Positions 1-8,973 of a stretch of 64,000 nt of DNA are shown here, in pieces. Both the position numbers and the translations under genes were made by a program. Source of the DNA: Gemmatimonadota bacterium (GTDB lineage Bacteria; Gemmatimonadota; Gemmatimonadetes; Palauibacterales; KS3-K002). The notes below the pieces were generated by a model, which was not told the origin of the DNA, made no database searches, and worked only from the letters and a program-made list of their open reading frames with translations. The DNA is taken from NCBI GenBank assembly GCA_039586795.1, contig JBDHJS010000003.1, forward strand, positions 64,001 through 128,000, read 5' to 3'. Numbering within the stretch: the first letter of the stretch is position 1; each line of letters begins with the position of its first letter.

Positions 1-1340
1 TGAGTCGAGGCGACCAGGCCCTGGACCTTCTGCGTCGCCGCAGGTTCGACGTGGCCCTGATCGATCTCAACATGTCAGAGACCCACGGTCTCGATCTGTT
101 GCGGGCCGGCCTGAAAGCGAACCCTGACATGATCCCGATCATGATCACGGGTAGGCCAAGCGTGGACTCGAACCTCGAGGCGCTGCAAGCGGGCGCGTGG
201 GATTACCTTCCCAAGCCATTCTCAGCCAGCCAGTTGCAGCTTTTGATCGGGCGCGCCGCTCACGCGGTGGTATCGTCACGAGAGATCGGCGAGAAGCAGA
301 AACAGCTGGAAGGCGCGCACGACCATGGCGAGCAGGTAACGTTGCTGGGCGTGTCGTCGGCGTTTACTCGCGTGATAGAAACTGCCCGACAAGTGGCCCG
401 CACCGACGCCTCGGTGTTCATCACGGGTGAGAGTGGAACGGGCAAAGAGCTGATCGCCCAATTCATCCACCACCACAGTCGGCGCAGCCGGCGAATGCTC
501 GTTCCCCTGAACTGCGCGGCGCTGCCGGAGACGCTTCTGGAGTCGGAGATGTTCGGGCATTGCAGAGGCTCGTTCACGGGAGCGGACCGCGACAAGCCGG
601 GGTTGTTGGAAGTCGCGGACGGCGGAACGATGTTCTTGGACGAAGTGACGGAGATGTCGCACGCGACCCAAGCCAAGTTACTTCGTGTTCTTCAGGACGG
701 CGTGCTGCGGCGAGTTGGAAGTACCAAGACCGACGCGGTAGTGAACGTACGGTTCATCGCTGCCACGAATCGCGAGCCGGCGCAGGCGGTGGAGGATGGA
801 GATATGCGACAGGATCTCTTCTTCCGCCTCAAGGTCGTACCGATCAGGATACCGCCACTCCGTGAGCGGCCGGACGACATACCGGTTCTGGCGAACCACT
901 TCTTGATGCATTACTGGAAAAGGCATCGCGACGTAGGCGCGGAGTTGCCCCGTTTCTCAACCGGCGCGATGTTGGCCCTGCAGACTCGTGCCTGGCCGGG
1001 CAACGTGCGGGAGCTACAGAACGCGATCGAGCACGCAGTCGTGTTCCTCGAGCCCGGGATGGAGATTACGGCGGCTGACATCCCGTCGATCCAAGGCGCT
1101 GAGGAAGCGATGGTTTCTGCCCCGATGGGGTTCCGCGGATTCGACGAGCCTTACCACGCCGCGCGCGAACGGCTGACGGCTGAATTCGAGAAACGCTATT
1201 TGACCGCAATGGTAAACCGTGCTGGCGGCAATATGTCCGAGGCTGCTCGACTCGCCGGCATCGACCGTACGACGATCTATCGTTTGATGGAAAAGCACGG
1301 ACTGGATCGCGAAGAGATCGTTCTGGACTCCGGAATGTAA
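1..1340 (+). CDS. Sigma54-dependent response regulator (REC-AAA+-Fis HTH), NtrC family; 5'-truncated by window edge
   Basis: Frame is open from base 3 (SRGDQALDLLRRRRFDVALIDL). It has a REC Asp and KPF, Walker [22 protein letters not shown], Walker [22 protein letters not shown] and a C-terminal HTH. Confidence 0.95.
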   Translation, partial: SRGDQALDLLRRRRFDVALIDLNMSETHGLDLLRAGLKANPDMIPIMITGRPSVDSNLEALQAGAWDYLPKPFSASQLQLLIGRAAHAVVSSREIGEKQKQLEGAHDHGEQVTLLGVSSAFTRVIETARQVARTDASVFITGESGTGKELIAQFIHHHSRRSRRMLVPLNCAALPETLLESEMFGHCRGSFTGADRDKPGLLEVADGGTMFLDEVTEMSHATQAKLLRVLQDGVLRRVGSTKTDAVVNVRFIAATNREPAQAVEDGDMRQDLFFRLKVVPIRIPPLRERPDDIPVLANHFLMHYWKRHRDVGAELPRFSTGAMLALQTRAWPGNVRELQNAIEHAVVFLEPGMEITAADIPSIQGAEEAMVSAPMGFRGFDEPYHAARERLTAEFEKRYLTAMVNRAGGNMSEAARLAGIDRTTIYRLMEKHGLDREEIVLDSGM

Positions 1341-1352
1341 GCGGAAGATCTG

Positions 1353-2486
1353 ATGGAAGTCGTTCACCCGCCACGGCCAACCGAACACGACGCCGGCCTG
1401 GACGTCCAGCCGCGGAATCTGTCTGCGGCTGCGCTCCAGTTCGCCAAAGTGCCGAACCGTGCTCTGCTCGCGGCGGCCCAGGGCGTGATGACCCGTTGGC
1501 AGGACGCCCTCGGCACGGTGACGCCGTGGCCAGCGGCGGCGGACGAACTCGCCCGGCTTACGATAGCGGTGCACGAAATCGCGTCCAGCGGTGAAGCGGC
1601 GCTAGAGCTACCGATCGGTACTCCGTTGCGGCGGCAGTTGCTGGCGCTGCTGGAGACCGAGGTCGAAGAGTGCCGCGGCAGGATTTGCTCCGACGCCGAG
1701 GTAGACGAGCTCAAGGACGCTTTCACCGTCGTGCATGGCGCGTTGGAATGCGAGGACATGCAGGAGGTGGAGGCTCGGCTGGCCAGCCCGGACGGGCCCG
1801 AGCTGCTCGCTGAGGTCGCCCACGATCTGCGCTCCCCGCTGACATCCATTCTGACACTCGCCGATGCGCTCCGTAGCGGCCGTAGCGGCGACGTGAACGG
1901 AGTTCAGCAGCGTCAACTCGGACTGATTTACAGCGCGGCGCTGGCGTTGAGTTCGACGGCGAGCAACCTGATAGAGCTGGCCCATGGAGGCGATCGCCTT
2001 GCGCAAAAGGAGCCTTCGCCGTTCTCGATCCTCGAGATCATGGAGTCGGTTCGCGACGTGCTGCTGCCGATGGCCGAAGAGAAAGAGATCGAGCTACGCT
2101 TCGCGCCTGGCGACAATCAGCGTCGGCTTGGCTATCCGCTGGCGCTTTCCCGCGTTCTGCTGAACCTGGCGACGAACTCTCTGAAGTTCACCGAAGAAGG
2201 GTACGTGGAAGTCACGGCGCGCCCGCTCGACCCGACGCACGTGGAATTCGCAGTGCGCGACACCGGCAAGGGGATCAGCGCTACCGCCGTGGACACGCTT
2301 TACCAACCGTTCCGGCGCTCGCCCGCCAGAGACGGCTACTTCTTCTCGGGGACCGGACTGGGACTCATGATCTGCCGCAGGCTGGTGGAGGCGATGGGTT
2401 CGAGGTTGGAGTTCGAGACGCGACCGGATTGGGGCACCCGATTCTACTTCGAGCTCGAGCTGCGGCAGGTAGACGAATTCGTCTGA
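1353..2486 (+). CDS. Cytoplasmic histidine kinase (HisKA + HATPase_c)
   Basis: H-box AHDLRSPL, N-box NLATNSLKFT, G1 DTGKGI, F-box YQPF, G2 GTGLGL; no evident TM segment. Confidence 0.9.
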   Translation: MEVVHPPRPTEHDAGLDVQPRNLSAAALQFAKVPNRALLAAAQGVMTRWQDALGTVTPWPAAADELARLTIAVHEIASSGEAALELPIGTPLRRQLLALLETEVEECRGRICSDAEVDELKDAFTVVHGALECEDMQEVEARLASPDGPELLAEVAHDLRSPLTSILTLADALRSGRSGDVNGVQQRQLGLIYSAALALSSTASNLIELAHGGDRLAQKEPSPFSILEIMESVRDVLLPMAEEKEIELRFAPGDNQRRLGYPLALSRVLLNLATNSLKFTEEGYVEVTARPLDPTHVEFAVRDTGKGISATAVDTLYQPFRRSPARDGYFFSGTGLGLMICRRLVEAMGSRLEFETRPDWGTRFYFELELRQVDEFV

Positions 2487-2507
2487 AGCAGAGGGCTCTC
2501 CCGCTCG

Positions 2508-3620
2508 CTAACTTCGCGAGACAATCCCCCTTACGATCACATCGGCGATCCGCTCCGCAGCTTTCCCATCCCAGAGTTCCGGCGCCTTCTTCAAAGGCCG
2601 GCTACCGTTCCTCTTTTCGGTGGCCTGCAGGGCAGCTCCGACAATCGCATCCGCCTCGAGGCTGACCAAACGATTGGTGCCCTGCTCCACCGTAACCGGA
2701 CGCTCGGTGTTGAGACGAAGCGTGACACACGGGACTCCGAGGACGGTGGTCTCCTCCTGGATACCCCCCGAATCGGTGAGCATGACCGCCGCCTCCGACA
2801 TAAGAGCCAGAAACTCCTGATATCCGAGCGGATCGATCAAGCGCACGCGCCCCAGCTTTGAGCGCAGCCCGAACGAATCGAGTTTGCTCTGCGTTCTCGG
2901 GTGCACGGGAAAGACCACGGGCAGTGTCTCCGCGACATCCGCCAGGGCGTTGACTATCGGTTCGAGCGATTCGGGGCTGTCCACATTGGACGGCCGGTGT
3001 AACGTGACCAGCGCGTAGCTTCGCTCCGACAGGTCGTAGCTGGCCAGCGTCTTCAGCGTCGGAACGTGCTCGAGCTGTTTCAGCAGCGTGTCGATCATCA
3101 CGTTTCCGACAAAGTGAATCCGGTCTTCGGACACGCCCTCTTTCTTCAGGTTCTCGTTGGCAGCACGCTCAGTCGTGAAAAGGAAATCGGACAGACGATC
3201 GGTGACCACGCGATTAATCTCTTCCGGCATGCCCCAGTCGAACGAGCGGAGTCCGGCTTCGACGTGCGCCACCGAGATTCCCAGCTTGGCTGCGACCAGC
3301 GAGCATGCGACTGTCGAGTTCACATCGCCCACAACGACCACGAGGTCAGGCTGGCGCTCCAGGCAGATGGGCTCGAACGCCTGCATGACGCGAGCCGTCT
3401 GTTCCGCATGAGTGCCCGATCCGACACCGAGATCCACATCCGGTCGTTGAATTCCGAGCTGGTCGAAGAAGATCTTTGAAAGGGCCTCGTCGTAGTGCTG
3501 GCCGGTATGAACGAGTATCTGCTCGACCTCGGGATAGGCGCGAAGCGCCTCCATAACGGGCGCTATCTTCATGAAGTTGGGCCGCGCGCCCGCTACGTGT
3601 AGAACTCGCCGACTCGTCAT
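2508..3620 (-). CDS. wecB: UDP-N-acetylglucosamine 2-epimerase (non-hydrolysing)
   Basis: Motifs GARPNFMKIAP, HTGQHYD, HVEAGLRS, TLHRPSNVD, TDSGGIQEE. Confidence 0.95.
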   Translation of the reverse strand: MTSRRVLHVAGARPNFMKIAPVMEALRAYPEVEQILVHTGQHYDEALSKIFFDQLGIQRPDVDLGVGSGTHAEQTARVMQAFEPICLERQPDLVVVVGDVNSTVACSLVAAKLGISVAHVEAGLRSFDWGMPEEINRVVTDRLSDFLFTTERAANENLKKEGVSEDRIHFVGNVMIDTLLKQLEHVPTLKTLASYDLSERSYALVTLHRPSNVDSPESLEPIVNALADVAETLPVVFPVHPRTQSKLDSFGLRSKLGRVRLIDPLGYQEFLALMSEAAVMLTDSGGIQEETTVLGVPCVTLRLNTERPVTVEQGTNRLVSLEADAIVGAALQATEKRNGSRPLKKAPELWDGKAAERIADVIVRGIVSRS

Positions 3621-3638
3621 AGTTGTGCGATTACGCGA

Positions 3639-4424
3639 TTAGCGACGGAGAACCCGGTCGACCAGAATGATGATGCTGGTAACCGCGGCTGTGTAACTTA
3701 TGATTTGGCCGAACGTGAAGACCGGCCGCCTGGGGACTTCGATCGAATCGCCCTCGCGCAACTGAAGCGCATCGAGCGTTTCCCCAAGGGCGAGGGCGAG
3801 CTCGAGCTCCTTCCCCTCCAGCACCGTGCCGTCCGCACGCCTGACCTTCAGCTTGTGGAGGTTGGCCGCCGTCGTCGGCCCACCCACTGACATGATCGCG
3901 TCCGGCAGCGGAGTCTCGATAGGTAACATGTGGTAACCCGGCTGCAGAATCTCTCCGGCGAACGTAAGCCGCACGTAGGTCCGGGCTCTCACGTCGGGCT
4001 GAGCGACGAATCGACTCAGCTGCTGTGTGAGATACGGCTGAAGCTCCGTCCGTAGAACGCCCCTGAGGGAAATCGCCCCCACCACGGGCAACTCGATGGC
4101 CGGACCTGCCGTGACGACGAAGGTATCGGTGAGCTGCAGCTCACCCTCCACCACCATCACCACTCGATCGCCTACGCGGAAATCCCCCTGCTGCAAACGC
4201 CGGCGGACGATCGCCGCCTCGCCCCTCGCTTTCTCGCGCAGCACCGGGCTATAAGCCTGCGACCGGGCTCCGTTCTCGAAAAACGTTGCCAGCTGCTCCA
4301 GCGTGTCGCGCGTCGCGCCGACGCCGGGAATCTGCCACGGATCCTGCTGGGCACTGAGTTCAGCCGGGTGAACCGCACCAGCGATGAGTACAGCTGTAAG
4401 AGCTACGATCGACAGTCGAGACAC
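3639..4424 (-). CDS. Polysaccharide export protein, Wza/SLBB-domain
   Basis: GTG at 4424 preceded by GGAGG; signal peptide; GDRV..LPVVGAI poly_export-like segment; GEILQPG..GGPT..ANL..LREGDSIEVP SLBB; C-terminal hydrophobic helix. Confidence 0.8.
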   Translation of the reverse strand: MSRLSIVALTAVLIAGAVHPAELSAQQDPWQIPGVGATRDTLEQLATFFENGARSQAYSPVLREKARGEAAIVRRRLQQGDFRVGDRVVMVVEGELQLTDTFVVTAGPAIELPVVGAISLRGVLRTELQPYLTQQLSRFVAQPDVRARTYVRLTFAGEILQPGYHMLPIETPLPDAIMSVGGPTTAANLHKLKVRRADGTVLEGKELELALALGETLDALQLREGDSIEVPRRPVFTFGQIISYTAAVTSIIILVDRVLRR

Positions 4425-4473
4425 GGTACCTCCAAGAGTCGAATTCCCTTGCACAGCCACACGCCCGCACGGA

Positions 4474-4489
4474 TTCAAGATTGAGGCCG
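4474..4489 (-). promoter_or_regulatory. Candidate sigma54 -24/-12 variant upstream of wza-like/wecB
   Basis: CGGCCTCAATCTTGAA (GG-N10-GA). A degenerate palindrome TGTAGA-N6-ACAGCG lies at 4560-4577 on the minus strand. Confidence 0.35.
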
Positions 4490-4777
4490 AACGTGGCGAC
4501 ACACCGGTTCTGGTCGTAAACCGCTGAACGATAGAGGATTACGCTGCCAGAAGCCACACCGCTGTTTCGGCTCTACAACGCCGATTTGGTGCACCCGTGC
4601 CACGCGAGGCTTGCGCAAGTCGGCTGCAAAGGCCACAATACGACCGCTGAAACGGATGATTCCCTCCGGCAACCGCATTCCCCCGAACGCCCAAGCACGG
4701 GACTTTCCGCTTGGCGATGCACCAGTTCTGTAGGATCGCTGACAGCGACCGTTCCCGTGGTAAAGGCAGGGAAGGAA

Positions 4778-5704
4778 ATGGCTGATCAGGCTCCGGTCCG
4801 CCCGACGTTGGCTCTGATCGCGAATGATCAGGAGTGGTCAAGCCGATCGCTCGAGAGCACGCTGGCCCCGTTGGGGTACGCCTTCATACGAGCATACAAC
4901 GGCCAACAGGCGATCGAGCTTGCGGGTGACAGCTCGCCTGATGTGATCATCATCGATGCCACGCTGCCGGACATGCCTGGGATCGAGGCCTGTCGTCGAA
5001 TCCGCAGGGATCCACGCGTTACCATCGTCACACCCATCATCGTCACGACCGCGGGCCGTCTGACGCGGCACGATCGTTTGGAGGCCCTGAAAGCTGGGGC
5101 GTGGGATTTCTGCGGCTGGCCGATAGACGTGGAAGAGTTCACGCTGAGGCTGGGGTTGTATCTGAAAGCGAAGTTGGAGGCTGACCAGACCCGAGAAGAC
5201 AGTCTGATCGACCATGACACGGGTTTGTACAATCTGCGAGGACTGATGCGCCGCGCCCGGGAGTTGGGGTCCGACGCGTACCGCCACTCGCGGGCGCTGG
5301 CCTGCGTAGCCCTGGCACTGCAGCCTCCCAACGGGATGATGATCGGCAACGGGGATGACTCCGAGTTATGGGAGATTCTGGAGATTCTCGGCGACGCGCT
5401 CAAGACGAACGCGCGCATCTCGGACGCAGTGGGACGCGTACGGCTGGGAGAGTTCCTGGTCGTCGCCCCGGCTACCGACGATGTGGGAGCGTTGACTTTG
5501 GCGGAGCGACTTACGACCGCCATCCAAGGTGTCGTTGAAGAAAGCGAAAAAGCGCCGCTGACGGTCCTTGCTGGCTACCACGCGGTGGATGACCTGCGCG
5601 AATCGGGCGTACAGCCGTCGGAGCTCATGGCAGGAGCGACGACGGCTCTTCGTCGTTTGCAGATCGATCCAGGAGAAGCGAGGATCAGCCGCCACGTTGG
5701 GTGA
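4778..5704 (+). CDS. Atypical REC + degenerate GGDEF protein (probable c-di-GMP receptor)
   Basis: ATG at 4778 after AAGGAA. REC IIIDATLPD; DHDTGLYN; RISD I-site followed after 5 aa by RLGEF in place of GGDEF. Confidence 0.8.
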   Translation: MADQAPVRPTLALIANDQEWSSRSLESTLAPLGYAFIRAYNGQQAIELAGDSSPDVIIIDATLPDMPGIEACRRIRRDPRVTIVTPIIVTTAGRLTRHDRLEALKAGAWDFCGWPIDVEEFTLRLGLYLKAKLEADQTREDSLIDHDTGLYNLRGLMRRARELGSDAYRHSRALACVALALQPPNGMMIGNGDDSELWEILEILGDALKTNARISDAVGRVRLGEFLVVAPATDDVGALTLAERLTTAIQGVVEESEKAPLTVLAGYHAVDDLRESGVQPSELMAGATTALRRLQIDPGEARISRHVG

Positions 5705-5745
5705 CTGATCCTCGAGATGTTAAGCCTGCCTTCAGTCTACTTGCA

Positions 5746-8475
5746 TCACCGCCGGGCACTCTTACGATGCTTGCGCCTACGTTGGGCGCCGGGCTTGTGA
5801 GTCTTCTCGGCATTCTCGTCCCGGCCATCACCGCCGTCCGCTGAGAGATCCTCGGGTTGGTCTCCGTCGGAGCCGTTGACCTGAACTTCTGGCACATCCA
5901 ACCCTTCTTCAGACGAGACGTCTTCGGTCTGGGCACCGAATTCGAACTCAGGCTCGACGACCGAGATCTCTTCTATTTCGGGACTCTCATCGGCTGATGT
6001 GTCAGCGGTCGTGAAGCTAATCTCCCCGACGGCGTCTTCCTCGGTAACCGCCTCTCCGCCCGGCGTCCAGACCTGCACGCGCTCTTCTGATTCCTCCTCA
6101 TCCCACGCTTCGTAGCCGGGTGAGTAGTAACTGTAGTACTGGCGGTAGAGTCCGCCCGGCGGAACATCATTCAAGACGGCGCCGAGCAGGCGAATGGGTA
6201 ACCGCTCCAGGACATCGAGCTTCGCTTCGGTCGTCTCGCGGTCCGTAGCACCGGTTCGCACGACGAGCAGCATGCTGCCTGTGAGCGTTCCCATGGCCAG
6301 TGGATCGACTCCGGCCGTGAGCGGCGGTGTGTCGAGAAGCACGACGTCGTAGCTACTTCTGAGCTGCAAGAGGAGCGTCGACATCTCCTGTGACTGAATC
6401 AACTCCGGGCCGTCTTGCCGACGCGTACCGCAGCCGATTCGATCGACCATCTCGTACATCGTGGACTGAATGATCTGTTCGCGTGAAGCCTGGCCGGCCA
6501 GGTAGTCAGTGAGTCCCGGCTTTCTTGCCCCGCCGAACAAGCGGTGCAGCACGCCTCTGCGAACATCACCGTCGATAACCAACGTCCTTCGGCCGAGGTC
6601 CGCGAACGCCAACGCGAGGTTGGACGTCACGAACGACTTCCCGTCCTCAGGCGACGTGCTGCTTATCGTCACCACGACAGGGCCGGCGGAGCCGTAAGCG
6701 TGCAGCAGGTTGAGGCGAATGACCCTGAACGCCTCGACGAGCTGTTCGGTGGCTTTGATGGCCTGACCGCGGCGGCCGGCGACGTGGGGGATCGTCCCGA
6801 TGATGGGGAGGCCGAGCTCCTCGCTGAGCTGTTCGGGGTACTTGAAGCGAGGGTCGATGCGATCGAGAACCAACGCTGCGCCCACGGCGCCCATGAAGCT
6901 GACCATGAACGCCAGAATGAACAGTCGCGGCTTCTGGCTCTCGTTGATCGGTCGCTGGGGCGCCACAGCGGCATCGAGGATTCTCACGTCCGGAATACTG
7001 CTCACGGCGGCGAGTCGCGCTTCTTCGTATCGCGCCTGCAGCATGGTGAACAGGTTGGCGGCTATTGCCACTCGTCGCTCGAGTCGCGCCTCGTCGATCA
7101 ACCGGGGCGGAATCTCGCTCAACTCATCTGAAGCGGATGCGATGAGATCGTCCAGTTCACGCTCGCGCTCGACGACCTCCGCGACCAACGAACGCACCAA
7201 AGTAGGTATGGTCCTCCGCTCCAGCGACTCAAGCTCGTCCTTGAGCTGCTGGATGGGTGGGTATTCGTCGGTGTAGCGGTAGTACAGAGTCCGCAGCTCA
7301 GCTCGTTTCACCGTGAGCTCATCGAGCACGCCCAGAAGTTCCGAAGCCTCGCGCACGGCCGGTATGACCTCAAGGGCCGCTACCGAGAACTCGACGGTGG
7401 GATCTCTGGCCAGCACTTCTTCGAGCGCCTCTCTATCACGTCGCAGCTGCTCGGACTGAACCTTCAGGTCGAAGTAGCCGCCGAAAGCAGGCGCCGTCGT
7501 CTGCTGCAGACCCGGGGTCACCGGAGTAGCGGGACTCGAAGGCAGAGTGATGGTCTCGACACGGAAGTTCTCCAGCGCCGCTTCCGCCTCGGCCAGCTGC
7601 TGCGCCGCGAGATCCAGCTGCTCGTCGAGGATCTCGGTGACCTCCTCAAGCTTGTCGCTCTTGAGATCCGCGGCGACCTCTACGTAGCGCTCACCGATCG
7701 CGTTCAGCGTTCTGGCGATGCGGCCCGGGCTCGACCCCCGGAGCGATAGCCGGAGGAAGCTGCCGTTGCCGTCCAGGTCGATACCCAGGGTCCTGCCGAG
7801 CCGGGTCGCTCTGTCGCGGGGATTCCCAACGCCGAACTCGATGACGCGCCCGGCCGTCAGCTCCTCGGCCGGCGGGATCCACACGAAGCCGAACTGCTGG
7901 CCCACGGAGTCGCCAACCGCACCCCGCTGGACGACCAATTCGTCCGCCGTCCGCAACTCGAACCCTTCACCGTCTGGCGTCACGGTGAGCTTATAGTCGC
8001 CGTAGGCCGCTCGCTCGTAACTGTCGGCGAGCCTGAAATCCTCAAACACTGAGGCATTTGCCGGGTCTCCCCGACTCAGGTAGAGCCGCATGTCGAGAAC
8101 AGCGTGCTCGAGGACCATGTAGGACGTGAGGAGATTCACCCAGGCGGCGGACTCGAGGAGCTCGGTCTGGCGAATCGGGCCCTGGGCGGCCTCGCCGCGG
8201 TTGGTCCTCTCGATCCAGAGCGTCGCCTGAGCCTCGTACTGCGGCGTCACGAACCTGCCTGCCGCCACACCCGCGGCACTGCCGAGAATGGTCACCAGGA
8301 TGATCAGCCACTTGTAGCGCCACAGAGCTACGGCGTAGCGGCGCCAGTCGAAACCAGGCTGCGCGAACGTCGGGGTAACCGGCACGCCCTCCCATCCGGT
8401 ATCGACAGCGCCGGCCGGCTGGATCTCTCCAGCGCCGGTCACATCCTCGGGCTTGGCGGGCAGATTGTCCGACAT
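5746..8475 (-). CDS. wzc: Polysaccharide co-polymerase / BY tyrosine kinase (Wzc/GumC family)
   Basis: Likely start ATG 8475 (MSDNLP). Two TM segments, coiled coils, Walker A SPEDGKS, IDGD, LLDTPP and Tyr cluster YRQYYSYYSPGY. Confidence 0.92.
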   Translation of the reverse strand: MSDNLPAKPEDVTGAGEIQPAGAVDTGWEGVPVTPTFAQPGFDWRRYAVALWRYKWLIILVTILGSAAGVAAGRFVTPQYEAQATLWIERTNRGEAAQGPIRQTELLESAAWVNLLTSYMVLEHAVLDMRLYLSRGDPANASVFEDFRLADSYERAAYGDYKLTVTPDGEGFELRTADELVVQRGAVGDSVGQQFGFVWIPPAEELTAGRVIEFGVGNPRDRATRLGRTLGIDLDGNGSFLRLSLRGSSPGRIARTLNAIGERYVEVAADLKSDKLEEVTEILDEQLDLAAQQLAEAEAALENFRVETITLPSSPATPVTPGLQQTTAPAFGGYFDLKVQSEQLRRDREALEEVLARDPTVEFSVAALEVIPAVREASELLGVLDELTVKRAELRTLYYRYTDEYPPIQQLKDELESLERRTIPTLVRSLVAEVVERERELDDLIASASDELSEIPPRLIDEARLERRVAIAANLFTMLQARYEEARLAAVSSIPDVRILDAAVAPQRPINESQKPRLFILAFMVSFMGAVGAALVLDRIDPRFKYPEQLSEELGLPIIGTIPHVAGRRGQAIKATEQLVEAFRVIRLNLLHAYGSAGPVVVTISSTSPEDGKSFVTSNLALAFADLGRRTLVIDGDVRRGVLHRLFGGARKPGLTDYLAGQASREQIIQSTMYEMVDRIGCGTRRQDGPELIQSQEMSTLLLQLRSSYDVVLLDTPPLTAGVDPLAMGTLTGSMLLVVRTGATDRETTEAKLDVLERLPIRLLGAVLNDVPPGGLYRQYYSYYSPGYEAWDEEESEERVQVWTPGGEAVTEEDAVGEISFTTADTSADESPEIEEISVVEPEFEFGAQTEDVSSEEGLDVPEVQVNGSDGDQPEDLSADGGDGRDENAEKTHKPGAQRRRKHRKSARR

Positions 8476-8578
8476 ACACAGACTCACGGCAAAGGTGGTA
8501 TTCACTCGCGGACTCCAGGCGCCCGCGACGCTCAAGATAACCCTAACAATCCGGGATGCAGCAAGCCCGATACTCCGT

Positions 8579-8594
8579 AGCAAGCACGATGCCG
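8579..8594 (-). promoter_or_regulatory. Sigma54 -24/-12 promoter for wzc
   Basis: CGGCATCGTGCTTGCT, GG-N10-GC with TTGC. Confidence 0.65.
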
Positions 8595-8692
8595 GGCGCG
8601 CGGCGAAGCGAGAGATCTCTTTCCAACAACAAGGTTCTACCGGCAGCCGACGCGGTGGGCCGGGCAGCGTTGTATATTTCGCAGACCTGCTA

Positions 8693-8710
8693 TGTAGCGA
8701 GGCTGCTACA
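8693..8710. promoter_or_regulatory. Palindromic upstream activator site
   Basis: TGTAGC-GAGGCT-GCTACA, a perfect 6-bp inverted repeat about 100 bp from the wzc sigma54 site. Confidence 0.65.
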
Positions 8711-8870
8711 GCACTTCAGGCGACTTGAAGGCGATTGTGGTATTGGGCCAACAGGGCTGGGCCAGGTGGTCCGCCTCGCTGGCCCGTCAGAAGGCCGGAA
8801 CGCAAGTGATGGGTTGAGAACCCCAAGCCTTCCGGCCCCTAACCGCCCGGGCGGTGGGGTTCAAATGTTC

Positions 8871-8886
8871 CGGCCTGATCCCTGCA
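8871..8886 (+). promoter_or_regulatory. Candidate sigma54 promoter for second NtrC-type regulator
   Basis: CGGCCTGATCCCTGCA, GG-N10-GC. Confidence 0.4.
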
Positions 8887-8973
8887 AGATCCAATTGAGT
8901 CACGATAATACCCGCCGCGGCCACTGCCTCCGGAGACGAGGCAGCCAGTGGAAAACACCGTGGAGGCTTGTTG

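Noticed and set aside
4447..4465. Sigma54-like GG...TGCA on the minus strand
   Set aside because: The spacing is 11 nt, not the required 10.
8476..8583. ORF-track N-terminal extension of Wzc (similar extensions at 4586, 13271, 21886, 41415, 56752, 57923)
   Set aside because: These extensions overlap promoters or neighbouring genes and look non-coding. Downstream starts fit better, several with a clear RBS.
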